Source: a virus
Lineage: Duplodnaviria; Caudoviricetes
DNA length: 64,000 nucleotides
Reading direction: 5' to 3' (one strand)
Virus record (IMG/VR): IMGVR_UViG_3300029288_005873
Location: 32,001 to 96,000 of that record
The notes beneath the pieces are model-generated. The model had not been told where the DNA came from. It ran no database searches and saw nothing but the letters and a program-made list of their open reading frames with translations. Every line of letters starts with the position of its first letter. Position 1 is the first letter of the stretch. Made by a program: the position numbers and the translations under genes. Shown piece after piece: positions 42,711 to 51,665 of this stretch.

Positions 42711-43777
42711 GCCTCATTTTCGGGAAACAGTCCAAGCTTCACGTTCTGGAGGTTTTTCTGCTTAGCGTCGATCTCACGCTCCAATTTCCCTAAATTTCTT
42801 CAACTTCATTACTTAGCCTCACGAAGTTTATTTCCATGGTTTCCTTGTAGTTCATATCCGATTTCTTTTGCAGCAAATCGCAACGGATCCCAATGGTGAT
42901 GATTGTCACAATTGTCCCAAAGCGCTTGTATTCTTGCTGCTATAACTTCATTTGGCTCATCTATAAGTTCTACCGTAATGCGATATTTTCGCACTTCAAC
43001 TATGCCATTAAAACATGATGGGCAATCCTGTTTCATGTTTTTAATGGCATACTGATGAGGCTCAGAAAAAGTTTCCATTACAATAGGTTCAAAACGGATT
43101 GCTTTTCTCTTATCTTTACGCATCATATTTCCCTTACTGGTGAAGAAGACTAAGTGCTTGTTTTCGCTCAAGATTAAGAATTTGCCCTCCTTCAAAAAGG
43201 AGTATCCAACGAACTTTTCCCTTGTCCGAAAAACCAATCAAATCAGTACCGCACGCTACCTTCCAAAACCTCTCTCCAATATTCCGTCGTACTATTTTTC
43301 CTATTCCAGGAGTTATACCAATCCAATCTTTTCGACAATGGATTCCTTCACGCTTTGCAATGCGTACTTCCCAAGATTCCAACTTCATATTGTCCTCATA
43401 TCCTAAAAACTAGATTATATCTTGCCAGACTTTATTTGTTTTGATCTCTCCATGGCCATATTGAATATATCAGTTCTATCATCATCTGACAAATTACGTA
43501 GAATCTCGAACACACTATTATCAATGCCATCAAATGTTGGATCAAGTTCCAAATTTGTCCCCTTTAGCCCACTGGAGCGCACAACAATAACATCTCCATC
43601 ATATATATTACAGGCACATAGGTTCATCCACCTAACCATTGGTCCACCATGTGCGTCTTTTTCCTCAAATACGACGCCCATAGTTCCGGGGATAACATCA
43701 GCAGCATATAATCTCTTGGCTGCCACGACAACATCTCCTCTCCTAAGTTTGCTTATATCCATTATTTTCCTTTCTTG

Positions 43778-43852
43778 TCGGGATAGCAAGATTTGAACTT
43801 GCGACCTCTCGGGCCCAGGCCGAGCGCTCTAACCAGGCTGAGCTACATCCCG
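43778..43852 (-). tRNA. tRNA-Pro(UGG), C33
   Basis: CGGGATG/TATCCCG; CTCGG-CCTGGGC-CCGAG. Confidence 0.9.
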
Positions 43853-44832
43853 CCCTTACAAAACTGACTATTCCAATGGACAACCTTCTTCAGCTAGTTG
43901 CCTATCACATTCGTATGAACAACACCACTCTCCATCATAGCATGCAGAACCAACAATACATCCCTTCGCAAATTTTGCCTCAATACCGCAGTTTGCGCAT
44001 CGACCCCCTGGGTCGTCTGTCGGCCATGACGAGCGCTGCATCCATCTCCAGAATGAACGCATCTCGTCCTCCATAACCTCCGCATAACATTCTGCCTCAA
44101 AAGCTTTCTGTTCCTCTGTATATTCATGTTCAAACTGAATGCTGGTATCGGAGATTTCCCTACACATGTTGCCCCCTTTCCGCGAAAACGTCCGCGGATT
44201 TTTTTCGCTGCATCAACGCGCGATCCTTGTGACTGGGCTAGTTATGCTAGCTTTTATGTATGTTTCTCGGAACTGCGATGACGCAGCCCTGCTAACCAGG
44301 CCTTCCACATAAGTTCTATTGTTCTGTCATCCAGTGCGCAAAATGGCACTCCTGTTTGCGCATATAACCAACCGTCCATCCATGCTATAAAATCGCTGTC
44401 GTTTTTCCAATCATCCGTCATTTTTTATCCCAATACGATGCCAGCCACCACTTGGGCTCGCCGCAAAGATTTACACCATGATCTTCACAGATTTTCCTTA
44501 TTTTTAGTATAACTTTATAATCAATTTCCATATCATCAATTTCAACTACACCTTTTCTACCAGTTAATAATACCTTTGCCGCTAAGGCGTATATTGGACG
44601 ACCCATAGAATAATAATTTCCTACCACAAATGGAATTGGATTCCCACTTCTCCATTTCATCCTATAATGATACTGTGTATCTTCATCAATATTATCAGGT
44701 AATTTGTACCCATTAATTTTCATCCACCACTTATCAACATCCTCTCCCCAAGGGAGATTATAACCTTCCTCAAATAACCAACCATAAAACAAAACACCAT
44801 CAGCGGATATTCCCATTACTTTTTCTCCTTTG

Positions 44833-44904
44833 TGGAGCCGTCCCGAGGTGCGCGGGAACTCTAAATTCTTCAGATTTATGTGCTACTGATTACACCACGG
44901 CTCC
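44833..44904 (-). tRNA. tRNA-Phe(GAA), atypical T-loop CGCACCT
   Basis: GGAGCCG/CGGCTCC; TAAAT-CTGAAGA-ATTTA. Confidence 0.7.
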
Positions 44905-44992
44905 TTATTGGTACTATAATTTTACACTATAGTACCACAGATAATAATCTGTAACAATTGCAACTATTCTATTGTCAACGAACATACTACAT

Positions 44993-45063
44993 TGACCCTA
45001 AGGGGAATTGAACCCCTGTTTCATGACTGAGAATCACGCGGCCTACCATTAGCCGATAGGGTC
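44993..45063 (-). tRNA. tRNA-Glu(CUC)
   Basis: GACCCTA/TAGGGTC; anticodon loop TTCTCAG. Confidence 0.9.
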
Positions 45064-45655
45064 TTTTGTTTCGTTTGGACTACTTTTCCAATCTGGCATT
45101 CTAGCTATAGCCGAATCTCTTGTAGGACGAAATGCCCATATCCAACTAGCTGGCCATTCTTCGTCCTCACAAATTATTGGCTTCTCCGAAAAAGCTGTAA
45201 TTACCACAAAAGCTTCTTTTGTGTCCACTAATGCAAAGAACACTTTGTTGATCGCAAGATCAACTATTACAATATTAGCGCGCTTTCCAATACTATGACG
45301 TGGATCGTTTTTATACCACATTTTATTTACCATGCTTTTCTTTGTCACATTCTTGTTCCGCTGCTGCGTGACAAATTGGACACCAGCCGCGAAAACATTT
45401 CACGGCATTCGAGGTGTATGGCCAACCGATACGACTAGCATCTCTCATAAGCTCCTCGCAAAGGTCTATCCTACCTTGCCAATAATCTGCCGATCTACCA
45501 ACTCGCTCACGATTGCGCTTCAAATTTTTGGCTTCCCAAAGCAAATACGCAAAGTGCTTAGTAAGACCTTTTGTATATGGATGGTTAAGCCAATCCACCG
45601 TTTGTTGCTTGTCTCCAAAAAATCTTGCGAAAATGCCCATCCTTTTTCTCCTTTA

Positions 45656-45728
45656 TTCCGGAGCTAGGATTCGAACCTAGATCAGCAACATCCAAGGTGT
45701 TGTGCCCTTGCCATTGGACCACTCCGGA
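45656..45728 (-). tRNA. tRNA-Gln(UUG), C33
   Basis: TCCGGAG/CTCCGGA; CAACA-CCTTGGA-TGTTG. Confidence 0.88.
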
Positions 45729-45730
45729 GT

Positions 45731-45870
45731 GGTGCTGTCTCTCCAGCTGTCACGCCTCATACGTTGAGTTGCGCCTCCCATCAGTGTTCTCCAACACGTG
45801 AGATAACAGATTGCTGGCGTTCACAACCGAATGACCGCCCCAATTTGTTGGGCGTGTACATTTCACTACA
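45731..45870 (-). ncRNA. Candidate structured ncRNA abutting tRNA-Gln
   Basis: Intergenic, several hairpins including two with purine-rich GGAGA loops. Confidence 0.45.
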
Positions 45871-45969
45871 AAAAAGATTATCTACAACAGGTTTAACTAG
45901 TCTAGATATATGTCATTAAAATAATCAACCAAATGTAATAATTTTAACAATCATGTTATCAAAATTCTA

Positions 45970-46347
45970 TTATGTTACCTCGTATTTGGATCCAACACAT
46001 ACTGTCACTGATCGATTTGGGCATTCATGCGAAGGAATAAGGAATTTCCTACCATCGTCGGTGACTATAAATACCAGATCCACTTTTGTCGAATCAAAAA
46101 ATTTAACCGTATTTCCTGTTTTGTTTCCGCCCTTTGTACGCATTTCGACTTGATAACTACTGCCGCTCCTCTTGTATCGAGATGTACGAACTTGTACTTT
46201 CTTGAGAGTGCCGTCGTCTATTACTAAGTCATACTCTTGACTATCAGTAAGTGGTACGCATACAGTACAACCTTGTACAGAAAACCATCCGATAGCAATC
46301 CCGAGACCAACATCTCCCTGCTTTTTGCTATTTCTTTGTTTTAGCAT
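45970..46347 (-). mobile_element. PD-(D/E)XK homing endonuclease
   Basis: QGDVG, P..D..YDLVID, KVQVRT. Confidence 0.8.
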
Positions 46348-46537
46348 AACGTTATTAAATCGCAGCCTGTGCCCACAGATACACCATCAGTGCCGTAAAA
46401 GCAACAATCGCCAAAATACCAATACCGATACGCACATATGTGTACACTGGAGCCCTTAGCTGTGGAACTTCACAACATTCTTGTTCATTCTTCTTCTCAG
46501 CACATTTGCCAGAACATTCACACATTATCGCCACCTT

Positions 46538-47356
46538 TCAGATGTCAAGCCCAATATCATCGGGGGTTTTGATTCCGACAACTTTCTTTATACTCTCCTT
46601 CCACTTAACTTTTGGTGCTAGAACGGGATCTGACATAACTCTATCATAAAGTCTAATAATTGCTGCGTCGCTTTGAGATTCTTCCAAAGCAAGAATCATA
46701 TCACTCGTATGCTGATCCATATAACCACCGGCATTTATTAAACAGCGCTGACTTAGCTTATTAGCCTTCCCAATCCAAATTGCGTCAGTTACATATGGCA
46801 CTACAGTCTTAACTAGCCTAATAACATTATCGTGATTGGTATCCAGCATTGGCTCCATTGATACGCTGGTCTGCCAGCCGTTATCATGCGCCCACATGAG
46901 AGAATATAGTCTTTCAGCAAATGTGGGAGCCTTTGGCTCCCAAAAACGCAACGTACTAGGATCCATTGATCCAATTGTGAAACGAAATAAGATATTTCCC
47001 TTTACCCAAGGCATATCTCCACACAATTGTTTAATAATATACGGACTCGGCTTAGATACTACAAGAACTTTATTTCCAGCCTCCAAGAGCTTCCATAACA
47101 TCTCACGACAGTACTTAAAATTACTGGTCGTAATATCGTGAGATGTTGGAAACATTACTGTTCCTTGTCTCTTTCCAAACCTTTTTGCTATCTCCCTTGG
47201 TCGTTCTATTTCCCAACTCTTTGCTGTTTCCTTGCCAAACCTAATAGCTTGTGCCTTTGCATAACAATAAAGACAACCGTTGGTACAACCATCCATACAA
47301 TTTGCAGAACTAGCAGCCCATTCTCTTGTACCAGTTGGAGTTTTCTTACTACTCAT
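46538..47356 (-). CDS. Radical SAM protein
   Basis: GCTNGCLYCYA; SVSMEP. Confidence 0.85.
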   Translation of the reverse strand: MSSKKTPTGTREWAASSANCMDGCTNGCLYCYAKAQAIRFGKETAKSWEIERPREIAKRFGKRQGTVMFPTSHDITTSNFKYCREMLWKLLEAGNKVLVVSKPSPYIIKQLCGDMPWVKGNILFRFTIGSMDPSTLRFWEPKAPTFAERLYSLMWAHDNGWQTSVSMEPMLDTNHDNVIRLVKTVVPYVTDAIWIGKANKLSQRCLINAGGYMDQHTSDMILALEESQSDAAIIRLYDRVMSDPVLAPKVKWKESIKKVVGIKTPDDIGLDI

Positions 47357-47862
47357 CTATTTATCTTCTCTCAGTGAATTAGCTAAATTAGTCGCATATG
47401 TAAACAGTGGACCTTTACAAATTTGACGAGGATAAGGATACGTATTAATATTGCCAATTAGGTTTTCGATAACTCCAATTGGCAAATGATTTTGTATAAG
47501 ATCATATAGAAACAAAACCAACGCATCGTTACACCAAGATGTGTTTTCTTTGCACGACTTCTCTAACTCCCCAATTTTCTTCTTTTTTGCCATATTAGTC
47601 TCTTTTTCTCAACCGTTCTGCCAGGTCTTTGGCATAGTTGGCTAGCCAGCCTTTTTGTGAAACGGCTTGGCTGCTTTTCAACTTCGCCCATCATATCCTC
47701 AACCATGCCTATGGTCATATGGTCGCGCATAAGCTGATATAGGAAAGACACAAGCGGATCATCGGACCCAACATTACCACTTCGCTCACGCAACGCATCC
47801 ATACGATATGCTGTCTCCGTCAAAGAAACATGGCATTCCCTAAGCTCGTTATCTTGCGCCAT
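47357..47862 (-). CDS. Two paralogous small proteins; the upstream one is frameshifted in an A-run near 47652-47656
   Basis: Shared D.LV.FLY.L...H..IG motif; removing one A restores FTKGWLANYAKDLAERL, matching KGPLFTYATNLANSL. Confidence 0.6.
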
Positions 47863-47874
47863 TCTATTCCCCTT

Positions 47875-47908
47875 AAAAACAAAAACGCCCAAGCTTTTAA
47901 CTTGGGCG
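47875..47908 (-). terminator. Intrinsic terminator of an attenuator
   Basis: CGCCCAAG-TTAAAAG-CTTGGGCG followed by TTTTTGTTTTT. Confidence 0.8.
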
Positions 47909-47938
47909 CCGGTTTTGCTGTTTATTTTCCGCTTTGGT

Positions 47939-48103
47939 TTATGCGCCCAAGTCTCCTATTAAGTTACTACCAAAGCGGACGTTTCCATTAAAAGAATAAG
48001 AACGCTCGGGCAGAATACTGGATGGCTGATTCCACACACACGTATCCAGTAGCCCATTTTGGGCTTTCTGGAAAGCTACTTTGTGTGTTAATGAACGCAT
48101 CAT
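47939..48103 (-). CDS. 54-aa putative leader peptide
   Basis: GGAG RBS; MMRSLTHKVAFQKAQ...GSNLIGDLGA*; last codons form the antiterminator strand. Confidence 0.55.
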   Translation of the reverse strand: MMRSLTHKVAFQKAQNGLLDTCVWNQPSSILPERSYSFNGNVRFGSNLIGDLGA

Positions 48104-48175
48104 TTTTTATATCTCCAAAAACAGCACCAGAGGGTTTAGTTGCTTTAATGGCATACTAGACCTAGTCTGGCGCGG

Positions 48176-48299
48176 CGGGGAGTTTCCGATTCGAACGGAA
48201 AGCTTGTGGGCTTCACAGGAGTTGGTCGTTTACGACCGAGAAATGAAGCAGGTTATTCTGGTTTGGCTCCAGTTGGCACCCCAGGTGCCAAAACTCCCC
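48176..48299 (-). ncRNA. Expanded tRNA-like RNA, copy D
   Basis: GGGGAGT/ACTCCCC acceptor, TTCCG-TTCGAAT-CGGAA T arm, GCTTCA...CTCGGTCG-TAAA-CGACC...TGAAGC insert. Confidence 0.75.
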
Positions 48300-48336
48300 A
48301 AAATTAGGAATGCGCGAGCGAGGAAGTCTTTTGTGT

Positions 48337-48408
48337 TAGCGGATGAGGGGATTGAACCCTCAACCTTCTGATTATAGGTCAGACGCTCTACCATTGAGCT
48401 GATTCGCT
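48337..48408 (-). tRNA. tRNA-Ile(UAU), C33
   Basis: TCTGA-CCTATAA-TCAGA; A73. Confidence 0.85.
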
Positions 48409-48437
48409 TGTGGACTTCTTTCCTTTGCGCATACCCG

Positions 48438-48574
48438 TCTGCCCGCTGGGATTCGAACCCAGATGATTTTCGCGTGTAGGTTCAGTATATTAGCTCCAAA
48501 GGAGCCGAGTAAAGGAACTAGATGCTTTTTGAAAGCTCCAAATGCTTTTGCCGCTCCAATTCGGCCACGGGCAG
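48438..48574 (-). ncRNA. Expanded tRNA-like RNA, copy B
   Basis: CTGCCCG/CGGGCAG acceptor, AAAGC-ATTTGGA-GCTTT, insert, CTGGG-TTCGAAT-CCCAG. Confidence 0.8.
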
Positions 48575-48645
48575 ATAAAAAACAAACTAGCCTAATCTAT
48601 CAATTTTACAGCATAATAATTAAACTAGTTAAGGAGGAACTTAGT

Positions 48646-49161
48646 ATGCTAATTTGTCGTAACTGTAACCAACCTTTTCCCTACAGCATTATCGTAAATG
48701 GGAAAGTGCGAAACCTACAACACAGAAAATTCTGTCTCAAATGCTCTACTTTCGGGAAGCATAATACCTGCGCAGATATAAAACAAAAACTCTCTGATCA
48801 GAAAATTTGCGCTAAGTATCACAATCTTTTTAGCAAAGACGATTTCTACAAACGGGCAAACGGTAGTCCTATTTCATATTGTAGAGAATGCGCCCGAAAA
48901 TGGTTCCTTGATTGGCAACATTCCATCAAAAAACAGTGCGTTGATTACAAAGGAGGCTGCTGTATCTTATGTGGATACAACAAATACTTCGGCTCGCTGG
49001 AATTTCACCACTTGGATAGGAGTCAAAAAGATTTCACCATATCAAGTCACAGAAGTCTTTCTTTCGACCAACTCAAAGAAGAACTAGATAAATGTATCCT
49101 TCTTTGTGCCAACTGTCATCGTGAGGTACATGGTGGAATTACTGAATTCCCAGCTGATTAG
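48646..49161 (+). mobile_element. HNH homing endonuclease (opposite strand)
   Basis: AAGGAGG RBS; YKGG.C..CGY...LEFHH.D..K...ELDKC.LLCANCHRE.H. Confidence 0.9.
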
Positions 49162-49263
49162 TATTCCGTTTATGCTTACAAATTTCTACAGAACCAAACT
49201 ACTATTTTCACAAAACTACAGACTTTACATATTACAATTCGGCTACAATTTAATCTTCTTCCG

Positions 49264-49400
49264 TGCTCCCGGATGGACTCGAACCATCATTTGCTTGTTC
49301 GCTTGTTCCGGGTGACTCCTAAAAGTCGAGAGGTCAAGCTGGGTTGCTTTTTGTGATCAGATTTAATGTCTGTTGGCTTTTCCAGTTTGCCCACGGGAGC
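49264..49400 (-). ncRNA. Expanded tRNA-like RNA, copy C
   Basis: GCTCCCG/CGGGAGC acceptor, CAGA-CATTAAA-TCTG, insert, GATGG-TTCGAGT-CCATC. Confidence 0.8.
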
Positions 49401-49420
49401 AAGTTCTTCCTCTCAGAAGA

Positions 49421-49487
49421 ACAATATTATCCAAAATCCAACATGTCGACTTTTTATGTCATTATCTAGACAACATGTTGGATTTTG
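49421..49487 (-). promoter_or_regulatory. Promoter overlapped by a 15-bp inverted repeat
   Basis: TCGACA-N17-TATTGT; CAAAATCCAACATGT (49432-49446) and ACATGTTGGATTTTG (49473-49487). Confidence 0.5.
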
Positions 49488-49665
49488 TAACATTTTTCCT
49501 ATAACGCTATCTTACTCTACCGAACCAAACTTCTCCTTGAGCTTCTTGTACCCAAGCTTAACGAAATACACCACAACTGGACCTCCAACAAGACCGATTC
49601 CAAGACCAACCAAAAATGTCGTCACTTTTTTCTCCTCCACATTGAAATGGCGGTTACCGCCGCAG

Positions 49666-50568
49666 TTACTCAACAGCTCCAGCGTTTACAAGTGTTATTC
49701 TGGAAACATGAGGGGGCACGCATGCCTTGTGTCTACTTGACCTCTCAAGCTTTCTAAGAGCCATGATGACGGCTGAGTCTACAGAATCATACCCAAGCGA
49801 CTCTGGCGGAACATCATTGAGAACACATCCATTCTTCTCATTTTCCCTACTTGCCCATTCTATAGATCCCATAGATTTACCTGGAAGGGTATATGTTAGG
49901 CGAGTTCCGGTAAGATTGAGAAGCTCCGATTCGTCAGTATGATTTTCTCCTCCCCATAGATCTGGAGTTGGTGATGCATCAATAACTTCCTGTGGAACAC
50001 CGAGATTTGCGGCAAGCTCCCATATTTCACCTTTGAATAAACCTTCAACCCAATTACTGTCTACTTCACCATCTCCGCCCTTCTGATAAAAACGTATGAG
50101 TTCGTCTTCGTCTCTATTGCCCGTTCCTTCTCGTATACCTCCTCCAAATGCTCTATTCACAAAACGCCCCACCGGAGCGCGTAAACAACTACGCAATCCT
50201 CCAAATATTGTTCTATTACAGGGCTTTTCTACATCAGGAAATTGAATCCCAAGCCTTACAAATTCAGACGACACAGCTCTAACTATTTCCCTATAGACTC
50301 CAGATAGGTCAAGTTCAACAAGTCTAAAACCAAACCTGTCTGAAACAAGCTTTGCTAATCTAGAAGACTCTTTAGAAGAATCTATTGAACTATAGACTCC
50401 AATCACATTTTCTTTACCAAATGCTAGACAAGCTAGTGCCGCAACGACAGCGCTATCTACTCCTCCAGAAATATCAACTTCAGCTTTTGAGGTTTTAGCT
50501 TCAGAAGCCTGTTCAAGCATGGCATTTACAAGAATGCCCTTAAGAAGGTCAAAATCCCTTACAGTCAT
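49666..50568 (-). CDS. nadE: NH3-dependent NAD+ synthetase
   Basis: SGGVDSAV, GTGNRDE, F..KGGDG, L.K.E, PTPDLW...TDE.E. Confidence 0.88.
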   Translation of the reverse strand: MTVRDFDLLKGILVNAMLEQASEAKTSKAEVDISGGVDSAVVAALACLAFGKENVIGVYSSIDSSKESSRLAKLVSDRFGFRLVELDLSGVYREIVRAVSSEFVRLGIQFPDVEKPCNRTIFGGLRSCLRAPVGRFVNRAFGGGIREGTGNRDEDELIRFYQKGGDGEVDSNWVEGLFKGEIWELAANLGVPQEVIDASPTPDLWGGENHTDESELLNLTGTRLTYTLPGKSMGSIEWASRENEKNGCVLNDVPPESLGYDSVDSAVIMALRKLERSSRHKACVPPHVSRITLVNAGAVE

Positions 50569-50898
50569 TATCCACTCCTTCCTCTTCTACGACTCCTACG
50601 AGACCGACAAGCTTTTATAGTAGCACCAAATGGACGTCTAGATACCCAAATTACAAAACGCGCAAAAGCCTCATCAGCAAGTAGGGAATCTACGGTGCTA
50701 AATTCCTCAAGTTTTTTATTACTATACATCGCGTGTATTTGACGATGACAGTCCACACATATTGCTTCGGTCTCTTTACCGCCACGACACCTTGGTATAA
50801 GATGATGGTCTGATATTAGATTCTTATCTAGAACCTGACGCCCACAAAGTGGGCATGTTGGAAAATCTGAAATTTTTTCGCCGCTGCGTTTTTTTCAT
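50568..50898 (-). CDS. Small HNH protein with a frameshift in the A7 run right after ATG
   Basis: CPLCGR...DHHLIPRCRGGKETEAICVDCHRQIH. Confidence 0.7.
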
Positions 50899-51014
50899 TT
50901 GACATTGAAACGACCGAAGGATATTTTTTCAAGGGCACAAAAGGAAGGGAAGATGCAATAGCATAACACTATTTATATATACTATTATAATTTATTATGT
51001 GCCATAATAATATA

Positions 51015-51665
51015 TTATCTACCTCTACGCATAATCCTACGTTCAATAATTGCTTCGGCAGAAATAGAGAATAGGACTAATGCAACCCAGAAATATCCAA
51101 TAGCAAATGATAGAATGCCGAGCGAGGCACCAACAACAATCGTAATTGTAGACGATATGGTTGTTGCCTTCTCCATACCAACTGCTACCGATAAAACTGC
51201 CCTGAGGATTCTGCCTCCATCCATGGGGAAGAGTGGAAGCATATTAAAAACCCCTAGCATTGCGTTAACCGTGGCAAAAAAACAAATACCCCAAGGCGGA
51301 TTACTAAATTGTTGGGAAACTAGAAAACCAAACAGTGCGAGTGCCAATGATGACGCTGGTCCAGCAAATGCTATGGGGATCTCATGTTTTTGATCGGCAT
51401 CTGGCAAACCAAAAATCCTAGCTACTCCCCTAGCTACTCCACCAAACATATACAATGTTATGGACTGTGTCAAATACCCAAGCTTTTTTGCCACAAGAGC
51501 ATGTGAAAATTCATGTACAAGAAGGGAAATAACCATCGTCATAATAAAGCATGTTCCCTTCCATATCCCCATTGGCAATACAAATAGTGTCCATAGTAAA
51601 AATGACCAGTTTATTAGTATTGGTATCCCAAAGGGACTAATCCCTATATACCACGTTCCTCGCAT
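51015..51665 (-). CDS. Site-2 protease (M50 family)
   Basis: HEFSH, AGP, NMLPLFPMDGG; multiple TM helices. Confidence 0.93.
   Translation of the reverse strand: MRGTWYIGISPFGIPILINWSFLLWTLFVLPMGIWKGTCFIMTMVISLLVHEFSHALVAKKLGYLTQSITLYMFGGVARGVARIFGLPDADQKHEIPIAFAGPASSLALALFGFLVSQQFSNPPWGICFFATVNAMLGVFNMLPLFPMDGGRILRAVLSVAVGMEKATTISSTITIVVGASLGILSFAIGYFWVALVLFSISAEAIIERRIMRRGR

Noticed and set aside
49264-49400. Ochre suppressor tRNA or recoded genetic code (TTA at the anticodon position)
   Set aside because: A33 and the large insert make decoding unlikely; TAA, TAG and TGA all end conserved genes at expected positions.
42520-49400. tmRNA or intron-containing tRNAs
   Set aside because: Too short for tmRNA, with no tag ORF; inserts are in the variable region, too small for group I introns and without a clear bulge-helix-bulge.
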